From Deltaproteobacteria bacterium (lineage in GTDB: Bacteria > Desulfobacterota > JBBIRW01), in assembly GCA_037441565.1 (NCBI GenBank), contig JBBIRW010000003.1:12953-76952 (forward strand): 64,000 nt of DNA, written 5' to 3'. This document shows positions 29,059 to 38,573 of this stretch, piece by piece; positions within the stretch are counted from its first letter, which is position 1; every line of letters starts with the position of its first letter. The notes under the pieces were generated by a model. That model was given only the letters and a program-made list of their open reading frames with translations. It did no database searches and was not told where the DNA came from. The position numbers and the translations under genes were made by a program.

Positions 29059-29171
29059 CATTTCACCCCCTTTCTCTGTAGAATTTCTTTTTACTTCTCT
29101 CCTCATTTACCTATATCATAATAAAAATGCCTTTGTAAATATTTTTTTGATATTTTCTCAATTTTTTATCT

Positions 29172-30284
29172 TCAGAATCCATGCTTTTCCCTACCGAGAT
29201 TTTCCAGTGAAACAGAGATCCCGTATTTTTCGAATACGACCTTCAGCTGATCAAAATTTTTTCTCAAAAAATTCTCTGCGGAATCGTAACCATATTTCAA
29301 TATCCTATCCTTTCCCCTGGTACTCATAATATTGTAGCTAAACATAACAAGATCTTTCGGATCAGGCTCAATAACAACGAAATCTTTATCAGGGTATTTC
29401 TCCTTCATCCTTTTTAGATGGATGTAAGTTTTTGCATCGCTACTGATTCTTAAAGCCTGCTCAGCAATGTAGCTCAATCCCTTTTCACTTATACTACTAC
29501 ATTTTCCATAAAATGTTGGGATACACGGCTCCCTTTTTTCATTTTTTATGTGAACAAGTGGATTTACAACAATAATAAGCCCTGCGTTTTTATCTATTGC
29601 TATATCAAGATATGCCTCCCTCCCCAATCCACCATCAACAAAATATATATCCTTTATCTTAACCGGTTCAAAGAAAATAGGAATTGCACATGATGCCATG
29701 ATAGCCTTTGATATCTGAACATCAGAAAAATCTCCATCACCGAACACATGATACCATCCGGTATCGATATCAAAAGCAGGGATGTAAAGTTCCTTTCCTA
29801 CTGATCTGAAATCATCACTTAACCCGAAATGCGAGAAAACCCTCTTCATATATTTTTCAAGTCTGTCCAGATTATAAATTCCCTGTGGGAGGTTCTCTTC
29901 GATTGCATGGAGCGCATCAAGGAAGGAAAAGGATCCCCTGTTTTTCCTGTAATAATCAACTATATCAAAAATTCTCTGGAGAATCTTTTTAATAAACTCG
30001 AGCTGCCCTTTTATATTTAATCTGTAGAGATCGCTTCTCCTGAAATTCAATGGGTGGTCAGTATCAAAAAGAAGTGCTTTAAAGATTGACAAGGGTTTTA
30101 TTTTTTGACTGACCAGTGATGCCAGAACAGATCCAGAACTAACCCCTATGAATATATCAAATTCATTTACGGAAAAACCTTCTTTTAAAAAATCATCAAG
30201 TGCCGTAAGACAACCAACTTCATAAAGAACCCCTATAATCCCTCCTCCGGCCAGAGCAAGGGCAGTTTTTCCCTCTCTTTTCAT
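29172..30284 (-). CDS. patatin-like phospholipase
   Basis: Oxyanion motif GGGIIG, nucleophile GVSSG (GxSxG) and a catalytic Asp in a DGG motif (FVDGGLG). Confidence 0.88.
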   Translation of the reverse strand: MKREGKTALALAGGGIIGVLYEVGCLTALDDFLKEGFSVNEFDIFIGVSSGSVLASLVSQKIKPLSIFKALLFDTDHPLNFRRSDLYRLNIKGQLEFIKKILQRIFDIVDYYRKNRGSFSFLDALHAIEENLPQGIYNLDRLEKYMKRVFSHFGLSDDFRSVGKELYIPAFDIDTGWYHVFGDGDFSDVQISKAIMASCAIPIFFEPVKIKDIYFVDGGLGREAYLDIAIDKNAGLIIVVNPLVHIKNEKREPCIPTFYGKCSSISEKGLSYIAEQALRISSDAKTYIHLKRMKEKYPDKDFVVIEPDPKDLVMFSYNIMSTRGKDRILKYGYDSAENFLRKNFDQLKVVFEKYGISVSLENLGREKHGF

Positions 30285-30383
30285 ATCTTAATTCTAAGCT
30301 TCTGTTTATCAGAAACTATGCTGCCTCTCTATACTCAATCAAAGCCACGCTTCGGTAATATGCCTGAGCATACCTTCAATTTT

Positions 30384-30656
30384 TTATTTTACTGCGTCCT
30401 TTAATGCCTTCCCGGGCTTAAACTTAGGAACCCTTGTTGCAGGTATCTTGATTTCCTTTCCCGTTTGAGGATTCCTTCCCACCCTTGCCTTTCTCTTAGC
30501 AACAGAAAAGGTTCCAAAACCTGTAAGTGCAACCTTCCCTCCCTTCTTAAGGGTATTCGTCACTGCTTTAATAAAGGATCCAAGCGCTTTCTCTGCTGAC
30601 ACCTTGCTGATTCCTGATTCCTCGGCAATCTTTGCTACAAGTTCTGCCTTTGTCAT
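30384..30656 (-). CDS. hup: DNA-binding protein HU
   Basis: 90 aa with the HU/IHF signature ...GFGTFSV..R.AR.GRNP.TG..I.IPA and a strong AAGGGAGG RBS. Confidence 0.93.
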   Translation of the reverse strand: MTKAELVAKIAEESGISKVSAEKALGSFIKAVTNTLKKGGKVALTGFGTFSVAKRKARVGRNPQTGKEIKIPATRVPKFKPGKALKDAVK

Positions 30657-30695
30657 GACTATACCTCCCTTATTTTTTTATTAAAACAGCTATCA

Positions 30696-32567
30696 TCAAG
30701 TTGCCTGTCTCCCTATACTTACAACAGTATTTCCACCTCGACTTTTTGCAATATAAAGTGCATGATCTGCTTCTTTAACAAGGTCTACTGAACTATTCAC
30801 ATTATCATGAGGATAAACAGAAATACCTATGCTTGCAGTAATAGAAACACCTTTCCTTCCTATAAGAAATGTATCATTCTTCAACCTGCTCTTTATCCTC
30901 TCAGCAACAACTTCTGCCTCCTTTAAATCAGTATGGGGCAGCAAAATAATAAACTCATCACCTCCATATCGAGCAAGGATATCAACCTCTCTTAACTGAT
31001 TTTTAATAATCATGGATATCTCTCTAAGAACAGTATCTCCTGCTTGGTGGCCGAAGATATTATTTATGTTTTTGAAGTCATCAAGATCAACCATGATGCA
31101 GGACAGCGAATGTTTGTAACGCATTGCCCTTTTGAATTCATCATTTAGCCTTTCGTAAAAATGTCTGTGATTATAAAGCCCGGTCAGACTATCTATAATT
31201 GTAAGCTCCCTCAATCTCTCATTGGCTCTACGGAGAAGCTCTGTTGTCCTCCTTAGACCCTCTTCAAGGGACTTTTCCTTTGATATATCACGAAATGATA
31301 ACATTGCCAATTTCTTTTTTCCAGGAATGAGGCTTGCATTGATATAAACCCACTTTAATTCCTTTTTCCTTGTTTGAATTATAACCTCGGTACTCCTCGT
31401 TCCCTTTTCCTGAGAGAAAAGTTCCATTAAATTGTTTATCCTTTCCCTTGAATCATCTGAAATGAATTCAAGAAAACTTATCCCCCTTAACTCCTTTATA
31501 TTGTATCCCACAAAGTTCCTAAATTTTTTATTTATATGGACAATGGACCCATTTTCATTAACTGTTATGAGGGGATCCGATGCATTCTCAAACAAGAAAC
31601 GGGATTCTTTATTCATCTGGAGTCTCTTTTCCAGATATTTCTTCTCCCTGCTTTCCTTCAAGAATGCATCCTTGAGTATCTGGTGCTCAACAGCCTTTTT
31701 CAATGCACCCGCACAGATGCTTGCAACTGCCTGACAGAATCTTATCTCCCTCTCGATAAACCTCCTTTTCTTCTTATAAGCTTTAAGTATAAGTGTCCCG
31801 ATAACCTCCATTCCAAAAATTATTGGAACAACAAGGATTGATTTTATCTTCAGCATCAATAGTTGTTTTCGGACCTTTTCAAGTAAAGGATCTCGTGATA
31901 CGTCCTCAATTATAACTACTTCACCTGTAATTAGTGCCTTCTTTATCTCCGGATATTTATCTATTGAGATTTCGAGCCCCTTGATATCAGGATTATCATG
32001 GGATGCCATGACATATGCTTTATTTTTCGAAAGATCAACACTTATTATTGAACATCTCGAAACATCTATATTATCAGCAATTTTCTTAACACTTATGTAA
32101 AGAATCTCTACTGGATCAAGTGAGGATGAAACAATCCTTGCAATTTCAAGAAGTGCATGAATATCCCCACTTTCCCTACTGGTATCTTCTATCACCTCTA
32201 TCTGCTTCAAAGCCATTCCGAATTTCCAATTAATGTATCTCTTCCCCCACTCAATGCATATACAATCATCAACATAATATTTCTCAAAATCTATACTGGA
32301 AAGCTCCTTTGTACGGCTAAAAAGACATAAAATCGGAATATTTCCTGTTGAGTCATTACTCTTTATGGATTTAGTAAAACTCCACCCCTCACGCAACAGT
32401 AATCTCCCCTCTACAACGATAATGTCAGGACGGTCATCCATTGTGAAGTAGTATATTGAAGGAAAGCCATTAATAAAAGAAAAGCTAAAAAATTTCCCTT
32501 CGATGGTCTCTGCAAATTCTTTCTTTAATTTCTCATCGGAGAAGTAACAGTAAACTCTTCTCTTCAT
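30696..32567 (-). CDS. diguanylate cyclase with degenerate N-terminal receiver-like domain, GAF, PAS and GGDEF domains
   Basis: Active-site GGDEF (RYGGDEFIIL) with an upstream RxxD I-site (REVD), and a PAS segment (NASDPLITVNENGSIVHINKKFRNFVGY). The N-terminal roughly 120 aa are REC-like but lack the canonical phosphoacceptor context. Confidence 0.85.
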   Translation of the reverse strand: MKRRVYCYFSDEKLKKEFAETIEGKFFSFSFINGFPSIYYFTMDDRPDIIVVEGRLLLREGWSFTKSIKSNDSTGNIPILCLFSRTKELSSIDFEKYYVDDCICIEWGKRYINWKFGMALKQIEVIEDTSRESGDIHALLEIARIVSSSLDPVEILYISVKKIADNIDVSRCSIISVDLSKNKAYVMASHDNPDIKGLEISIDKYPEIKKALITGEVVIIEDVSRDPLLEKVRKQLLMLKIKSILVVPIIFGMEVIGTLILKAYKKKRRFIEREIRFCQAVASICAGALKKAVEHQILKDAFLKESREKKYLEKRLQMNKESRFLFENASDPLITVNENGSIVHINKKFRNFVGYNIKELRGISFLEFISDDSRERINNLMELFSQEKGTRSTEVIIQTRKKELKWVYINASLIPGKKKLAMLSFRDISKEKSLEEGLRRTTELLRRANERLRELTIIDSLTGLYNHRHFYERLNDEFKRAMRYKHSLSCIMVDLDDFKNINNIFGHQAGDTVLREISMIIKNQLREVDILARYGGDEFIILLPHTDLKEAEVVAERIKSRLKNDTFLIGRKGVSITASIGISVYPHDNVNSSVDLVKEADHALYIAKSRGGNTVVSIGRQAT

Positions 32568-32634
32568 AAAAACCTTATTTTCTTACTATTTTATAAGGCA
32601 TCAGTGTATTTTATACAAGCTTTTTCTTTGTAAT

Positions 32635-33318
32635 TCAAGGCAAAATGTGGCTTCTTCTGCGCCTTACAAAGAAAAAAACGAGGATAACACCGGAAATAAA
32701 CCCACCAATATGTGCCCACCATGCAACACCACCATGAATGCCCTGGGCTATAGATGCGGTGCCCGATAGAAATTGCATAAAGAACCAGATCCCGAGAAAG
32801 ATGAGTGCAGGGACTTCAACAATCTGCAAGAAAAAGAAAACAGGGATAATTGTTAGAACCCTCGCCCATGGATAGAGAATAAAATATGCACCAAGCACAC
32901 CAGCTATCGCACCACTGGCACCCACAATCGGAACTCTTGAAAAAGGATTCATTATTGCCTGAACAAGATTGGCAATTACCCCACAAGAGAGATAAAATAT
33001 GAGAAACCTCAAATGACCCATCCTGTCCTCAACATTATCACCAAATATCCAGAGATAGAGCATATTCCCACCGATATGAAACCAGCCACCATGAAGAAAC
33101 ATAGCAGTAAAAAGAGAAAAGATTCTTGAAAGTATCCCGATGTCGATATGCCCCCCAAAGAAAAGAATATATGGGATAAGACCATATCTGAAGATAAATT
33201 CATCGAGTCTTCTTCCCATCCCGAGTTCTATTATGAATACAACAATATTTAGCAGTATCAGTGAAACATTTATTATGGGATATGTCCTTGATGGGATTGT
33301 ATCCTTAAGAGGGATCAT
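32635..33318 (-). CDS. rhomboid-family intramembrane serine protease
   Basis: Six-TM protein with the GxSG catalytic motif (GASGAIAGVLGAYF), a catalytic His in the last TM helix (AHIGGFISG) and the HxxxN motif region (HGGWFHIGGNMLYLWIFG). Confidence 0.88.
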   Translation of the reverse strand: MIPLKDTIPSRTYPIINVSLILLNIVVFIIELGMGRRLDEFIFRYGLIPYILFFGGHIDIGILSRIFSLFTAMFLHGGWFHIGGNMLYLWIFGDNVEDRMGHLRFLIFYLSCGVIANLVQAIMNPFSRVPIVGASGAIAGVLGAYFILYPWARVLTIIPVFFFLQIVEVPALIFLGIWFFMQFLSGTASIAQGIHGGVAWWAHIGGFISGVILVFFFVRRRRSHILP

Positions 33319-33588
33319 CTGCTTTCTCGGTATATTTTAATTAATCATAATTAAAATAGAGCCTTTCCAATTAAAATTCTTTTAAGATAGTATTATTTCT
33401 GGACCTTTCCAATCAATCTATTTTTAAAGCCACTCAAAATTCACTTAAAAGGTATACCTCCGATTCACTAAACTACATAGAGATCTATTTTATTGATGGG
33501 ATTAAAGGGGATGTAGCAAGGATTGATCTCAAAATGTCCCGGATATATATAGGTGCGAGACCTGGTCTGGCATTCATGATTTCATTAA

Positions 33589-33668
33589 AGAAGGGGCAGG
33601 GTATCTGGGGGCCAAGAGTCTTTATATCAAGGGGCTTCAGAGGCTGACCCCGCCCCTTCAGTGGCGCC
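33589..33668 (-). other. candidate structured RNA / cis-element with mutually exclusive helices in a long intergenic gap
   Basis: On the minus strand, AAGGGGC can pair locally with GCCCCUU (16-nt loop), or AAGGGGCGGGG can pair with CCCUGCCCCUU about 45 nt downstream (11 bp with one G-U), followed by a CUUUCUUUAAU run. The site is about 35 nt past the ccsB stop. Confidence 0.25.
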
Positions 33669-33701
33669 TTAAAATAATATCAGGTTGCCAGCCCAATGTC
33701 A

Positions 33702-34802
33702 TCAGAAATCTTGAGGGGCAAGTAATCCCTTTATAATCCTTCCTGAAAGTAAAATCAAGAAAAGAAAGGAACCCAAAAAAAGAACAGGGACCCCCGGGTC
33801 CCACCTATAGGATAACGTTACACCCTCAATCACCCTTATTGGGGTAATGGAGACCTCCCCAAGGATAATATTCTCGCCTAAATGAAGCACAACAGGACCC
33901 TCGTCTTCTGTATTGTTTATGCCAGCCCTGAATAAGATTAGATAAGGTTTAATCTCCTCCACTGATCCGTCCCTTTTAAAAAGCCTTCCAGTTCTTAATG
34001 GAGAAACCTTGAAGGTTCCATTTTTAAGATTGAAGGGTTTTTCAGGCAGGACCGTAAATTCACCACCTCCCTTATCTTCCCTAATTAAAATCCTCTGCTC
34101 AATTCCCATGAGATAGAATACGAATCCCCACAACCTCAATGGATCATTCACCTCGAGTTCCTTTTCTCTGATCTTAACCCCATCCCTGTATAAAATTACC
34201 CTTGCCCTCCAGTCCTTTGGTTGAAGATTATCATCCCTGAGCTCAAATCTTGGTCCTCTTCCCCCGATACCGAAGGCTGTCTTCCATCTTTCAATCTTAT
34301 CCTTTGGATACTTAAGATGGGGCTTTTGATAATATTCCGTTTTCAGAGATAGAAGCTCTATTTCGATCCTTCCATCACTGCCTCCCACCCCCTCTACTAC
34401 CTTCCTTTCACCTTCAAAAACCGTTATTTCACCTTCAAATGAATAAAGATATGTAAGCCAGAATCCAGCAAAGCACAATATAAGACAGATGTGGAAACCC
34501 AGTGAGAAGAGTGATCCATATCCGATCCCCTGTTTATAAGCACGAATAGCTGCACTGACTGTACAGCATATAAGGTTTAAAAAGAAAAGGAGGCTTAAAA
34601 AAAGGAAGAGTGGGGAAGAAAAGATATTCAATAAATTAAAGGTTCTCACAAATCCTACATACCGCCCCCCTGCCCTGATATATTCCTCCAGATCACTCCC
34701 TTGCGGAAAGATCGTTCCAAGAAGAAAGAAAATGCACAAAATGCCAAGCAGGAGTATGGAAGTCTTTATGGATGTAAGTGCTTTTAAAATCCAGCGAACC
34801 AT
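33702..34802 (-). CDS. ccsB: cytochrome c biogenesis protein CcsB/ResB (system II)
   Basis: ResB-like N-terminal TM segments (...SIKTSILLLGILCIFFLLGTIFPQG...), a large periplasmic domain and a C-terminal TM segment. It lies immediately downstream of ccsA. Confidence 0.75.
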   Translation of the reverse strand: MVRWILKALTSIKTSILLLGILCIFFLLGTIFPQGSDLEEYIRAGGRYVGFVRTFNLLNIFSSPLFLFLSLLFFLNLICCTVSAAIRAYKQGIGYGSLFSLGFHICLILCFAGFWLTYLYSFEGEITVFEGERKVVEGVGGSDGRIEIELLSLKTEYYQKPHLKYPKDKIERWKTAFGIGGRGPRFELRDDNLQPKDWRARVILYRDGVKIREKELEVNDPLRLWGFVFYLMGIEQRILIREDKGGGEFTVLPEKPFNLKNGTFKVSPLRTGRLFKRDGSVEEIKPYLILFRAGINNTEDEGPVVLHLGENIILGEVSITPIRVIEGVTLSYRWDPGVPVLFLGSFLFLILLSGRIIKGLLAPQDF

Positions 34803-34810
34803 TTTTTATC

Positions 34811-35686
34811 TCAAACTGAATATATATGGAGGCTTGGTATACCAAGAAGTTTTGCAAGCCAGTTTACACCAAGAAATGTCATTATCATACAAATAAATCC
34901 CAATATATTGAAGAGTGATGATTGCCACCCCCTCCACTCGCGCACAACCATAGAGTGGAGATACAGTGTATATACACACCATGTTATAAGTGACCATGTT
35001 TCTTTTGGATCCCAGCCCCAGAATCTTCCCCACGCCTGATACGCCCATGCAGCACCTGAGATAATCCCGAAACTGAGAAATGGAAAACCGATCAGGGCAA
35101 GCTTGTAGGCAATTTCCCTCATCTGGTTTACCGTTACAGGATTCCCTGATGACCCTCCTCTTCTTTCCAGCAGACTCGCATAGATACTGCTTATTTCAAA
35201 GGAGGCACTTACAACGAAGACTGCATAGGATAGGAATGACAGGGCAACATGCCATATAAAAAACCCACTCTGAAGTGCGGGAGGTAAGGGATCAATGGAT
35301 GGGATCCTCGAGCTTATTGCATAAAATGTTGAACCGAATGAAATTGCAGACACAATAAGCGCAGGAAGTAAAACCCTGGCCTTTATGTAATAAACAAAAA
35401 CAAGCGTAACAGCACCAATCCATGAAAACCATGAAAGGCTTTCATATAATGACTGGAATGGTGCCCTTCCTCCCTCATATATCCTGAGAATAACAACAGC
35501 CGTATGGAGAAGAACATTTATAGTAAGAATCCTCATGCACATGCGACCGATGATTCCCTTTCCTGTTGCCCAGTATAAAAGGGAAAGGATTGTGCTCAAT
35601 CCATAAATAATGGATACAGTTGCAAACAGTTTTAATTCCAGAGCAAGCAGATATGCATCCTTTTCGAGAAGGATTCCGATATGCAT
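34811..35686 (-). CDS. ccsA: cytochrome c biogenesis protein CcsA/ResC (system II haem-handling WWD protein)
   Basis: WWD domain (AWAYQAWGRFWGWDPKETWSLITW) and conserved His residues within a polytopic membrane protein. Confidence 0.88.
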   Translation of the reverse strand: MHIGILLEKDAYLLALELKLFATVSIIYGLSTILSLLYWATGKGIIGRMCMRILTINVLLHTAVVILRIYEGGRAPFQSLYESLSWFSWIGAVTLVFVYYIKARVLLPALIVSAISFGSTFYAISSRIPSIDPLPPALQSGFFIWHVALSFLSYAVFVVSASFEISSIYASLLERRGGSSGNPVTVNQMREIAYKLALIGFPFLSFGIISGAAWAYQAWGRFWGWDPKETWSLITWCVYTLYLHSMVVREWRGWQSSLFNILGFICMIMTFLGVNWLAKLLGIPSLHIYSV

Positions 35687-35723
35687 TTTCTCATCCCCTT
35701 TTATTAAATATCCTTAAAAATAC

Positions 35724-36887
35724 TTAATCAAGCCTCTTCTGGAATCTCACTATGCTTAAGAATATTATTACTATCCCTAAAAGGATGAGGGCAATCGTAT
35801 GAATCCATAAATGATAGAGTCCAACACCCTTTAGTATAATCCCCCTCAATATGATGAGAAAATATGTAATGGGAAGAAGATAGCCAGCCATCTGAGCAAG
35901 CCAGGGCATTGCCTCCCTCGGAAAAATAAATCCTGAAAGAAGTATACTTGGAAGGAAGATAAAAAATGAAAGCTGGAATGCCTGGGCCTGGGTCTTTGAT
36001 ATCGTGGAGAGCCATAATCCCAATCCGAGACTTGAAAGCATGAAGAAGAATGTGAGTGCATATAGAAGAAGAATTGACCCCGCAACTGAAACATCAAATA
36101 TCCATGAACCAAGCAGAAGTATTATCGTAAACTGCATATAGCCGATAAATATGTATGGAAGCATCTTTCCCAGCATAAGCTCAATCTTTGTAATCGGTGT
36201 GACAATTAGCTGCTCAAGTGTTCCCTGCTCCCTCTCCTTTACTATTGCAACTGCAGTATATGTCATTGTTGTCATCATAAGGATGATCCCGCAGATTCCC
36301 GGGATCATAAAATTAGCACTCAGCTGATCAGGATTATACCATGCCCTGATCTCCACATTAACGGGAAGAAGCCTCTTCGATTCTTCCTCTGAAGGAAGTG
36401 TACTTCTTATCCCATTTCCCCCCTCCCTTATCCTCATGATAAGAAGATCTATGGACCAGAGCTGACCTATGGCATGTGCAGCACTGAGTGCTGATGAAGA
36501 GGTCATCGGATCCGATGCATCTATGATAACCTGAACCTGTGTGCTCCTTCCCGCCTTAATGTTTTTCTCAAAATCAACAGGGATAATAATACCAACCTTT
36601 GCACTACCACTGTCTATGAGATCTGAGAGTGTCTTAAAATGGGGAGGATAAAATCTTATATCAAAATACTGTGTATTTCTAAAATTATCAATAAGTCTTC
36701 TTGATTGTTCTGATCGACTGTAATCTATAACAGCAGTGGGAAGGTGTTTTGCCTCGGTATTGATGGCGTAGCCATAAAGGAGAAGTTGAAAAGTAGGAAT
36801 TATAACCATCATAGCAAGTGTTATTCTGTCCCTTTTTACATGAATTAACTCCTTCCATACTATTGAAAATAGCCTTGTTGTTGACAT
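35724..36887 (-). CDS. ABC-2 family transporter permease (YbhS/YbhR-like)
   Basis: N-terminal TM segment, a large extracytoplasmic loop and five C-terminal TM segments, characteristic of ABC-2 permeases of HlyD-linked efflux systems. Confidence 0.8.
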   Translation of the reverse strand: MSTTRLFSIVWKELIHVKRDRITLAMMVIIPTFQLLLYGYAINTEAKHLPTAVIDYSRSEQSRRLIDNFRNTQYFDIRFYPPHFKTLSDLIDSGSAKVGIIIPVDFEKNIKAGRSTQVQVIIDASDPMTSSSALSAAHAIGQLWSIDLLIMRIREGGNGIRSTLPSEEESKRLLPVNVEIRAWYNPDQLSANFMIPGICGIILMMTTMTYTAVAIVKEREQGTLEQLIVTPITKIELMLGKMLPYIFIGYMQFTIILLLGSWIFDVSVAGSILLLYALTFFFMLSSLGLGLWLSTISKTQAQAFQLSFFIFLPSILLSGFIFPREAMPWLAQMAGYLLPITYFLIILRGIILKGVGLYHLWIHTIALILLGIVIIFLSIVRFQKRLD

Positions 36888-36890
36888 TCC

Positions 36891-37616
36891 CTACTCCTTT
36901 GAATGTAAAAGTGATATGAATATATCCTCAACTGTTTTATACCCGGACATCTTCAATTCTTCGGGCGATCCACAAACACGAATCATTCCATCATACATTA
37001 TCCCAATCCTGTTGCATTGCTCAGCCTCATCCATATGGTGGGTCGTAAGAAAAACTGTGGTTCCTTTATCAGATAGATCGTAAATGAGATCCCATATCCT
37101 CCTTCTCTCCTCAGGATCCATGCCCGCTGTTGGTTCATCAAGAAAAACGAGCTCCGGTTCATGGATTATTGCACATGCAAGGCCAAGGGATTGTCTTACA
37201 CCCGAAGGCAATGTTGATGCCTTATTCTTCCTGTATCCTTTAATATCCAGGAGTTCCAAAAGATACTCAACCCTATCCTTGAAACCTTCATAGCTCGAAT
37301 AATACAGACCCCAATAAAAATAGAGATTATCCTCAACATCCATATCCCTGTAAAATCCAAATCTCTGTGACATATACCCGATTCTTTTTCTTATCTCTTC
37401 TGCCTCTCTTTCTATATCAAATCCTAATACAAGACCCTTTCCCGAGGTTGGTCTTAGCAGACCGCATAACATCCTAACGGTTGTTGATTTCCCCGCACCA
37501 TTGGGACCAAGGAGGCCAAATATCTCTGCTCTTTTCACCTCGAGATCTACACCTTTTACAGCATAAAAATTTCCGAATTTCTTTGTGAGACCCTTTACAG
37601 AGATTTCAAGTTCCAT
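36891..37616 (-). CDS. ABC transporter ATP-binding protein
   Basis: Walker A GLLGPNGAGKST, ABC signature (LSGGMRQ-like ...PSGVRQSLGLA...) and Walker B VFLDEPT. Confidence 0.9.
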   Translation of the reverse strand: MELEISVKGLTKKFGNFYAVKGVDLEVKRAEIFGLLGPNGAGKSTTVRMLCGLLRPTSGKGLVLGFDIEREAEEIRKRIGYMSQRFGFYRDMDVEDNLYFYWGLYYSSYEGFKDRVEYLLELLDIKGYRKNKASTLPSGVRQSLGLACAIIHEPELVFLDEPTAGMDPEERRRIWDLIYDLSDKGTTVFLTTHHMDEAEQCNRIGIMYDGMIRVCGSPEELKMSGYKTVEDIFISLLHSKE

Positions 37617-37622
37617 ATCCCT

Positions 37623-38555
37623 TTATCTCTCAGATAAAGACCCTTCCTTCTTGAAGAAATTGAAAAGATCGCTAACAGAAAATTCACTACTGGTTATTAG
37701 AAAATCATCATAACCTTCTCCTCTCACATATTCAGCTATCCTATCACCATCATCTTTAGTTTCCACCCAGATATATATACTATCACCGGAAAGCCTCACG
37801 CCTTTTACAAAATCAAGTGATCGAAGTTTTTGTCCGATCTTCCCCGGCCTTCTGCATCTCATCACAAAAAGTTTACCAGCCATCCTTGATTTAAGATCAG
37901 AAAGAGATCCTGAAGCAATCAACCTGCCTCTGTGGAAAAAACCGATCCTGCTGAATTTATCAGCCTCCTCCATATAGGATGTTGAAATAATAAACGTTAT
38001 CCCCTCCCTGTGTAGTTCGTTCAAAAAACCCCATATATCCATCCGGGAAACAGGATCAAGACCTGTTGTCGGTTCATCCAGTAGAAGTAAGCCGGGTTTA
38101 TGAATAACCGCACAGGCAAGGGCAAGTTTCTGTTTCATCCCTCCTGAAAGGGAGCCTGATCGATGGTGGCGAAAGGATTTAAGTTTTGTTATCTCAAGGA
38201 GAAAAGATATCCACTCCTCGTTTCCCTTTTCCTGAACACCGTAGATAGATAAAAAGAATCTCAATAATTCACTAACTGTGAGATAATCATACAGATTTAC
38301 TCCCTGGGGAAGATAGCCTATGTTGCGCTTTATTGACTCCTCCTCCTCTAAAATATCTTTCCCAAAAATTTTTACACTTCCTTTTGTTGGCGATATTATA
38401 CCCGCAATAATCCTTAAAAGCGTTGACTTCCCTGCCCCATCAGGACCAATTAAGCCAAAAACCTCGTCTTTCTTTATGTCTAAATTTATTCCACGGAGTG
38501 CTTCATCCTCTCCAAAGCTCTTTGTTAGATTCGTGATTTCAACGATATTTACCAT
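37623..38555 (-). CDS. ABC transporter ATP-binding protein (second ATPase, with C-terminal extension)
   Basis: Walker A GLIGPDGAGKST, signature LSGGMKQKLALA, Walker B LLLDEPTTGLD and an extra C-terminal domain of about 80 aa. Confidence 0.9.
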   Translation of the reverse strand: MVNIVEITNLTKSFGEDEALRGINLDIKKDEVFGLIGPDGAGKSTLLRIIAGIISPTKGSVKIFGKDILEEEESIKRNIGYLPQGVNLYDYLTVSELLRFFLSIYGVQEKGNEEWISFLLEITKLKSFRHHRSGSLSGGMKQKLALACAVIHKPGLLLLDEPTTGLDPVSRMDIWGFLNELHREGITFIISTSYMEEADKFSRIGFFHRGRLIASGSLSDLKSRMAGKLFVMRCRRPGKIGQKLRSLDFVKGVRLSGDSIYIWVETKDDGDRIAEYVRGEGYDDFLITSSEFSVSDLFNFFKKEGSLSER

Positions 38556-38573
38556 ATCCTGATATGAGGATCT

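Noticed and set aside
30285-30383. Weak hairpin (UAUGC-CUGA-GCAUA) between hup and the patatin gene
   Set aside because: It has only a 5-bp AU-rich stem. The U-run lies on the plus strand, where no gene is upstream. It is not convincing as a terminator for either strand.
33507-33575. tRNA-like 5' end 'GGGGATGTAGC' in the long intergenic gap
   Set aside because: There is no D-arm pairing, no GTTCGAATC-type T-loop and no complementary 3' acceptor strand within 100 nt, so it is not a tRNA. I could not recognise RNase P, SRP or tmRNA signatures in the gap either.
33550-33640. 30-codon ORF (MNARPGLAPIYIRDILRSILATSPLIPSIK) on the minus strand of the ccsB-rhomboid gap
   Set aside because: It has no Shine-Dalgarno sequence and no compositional signal, and it overlaps the GC-rich structured element. 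It is more likely non-coding.
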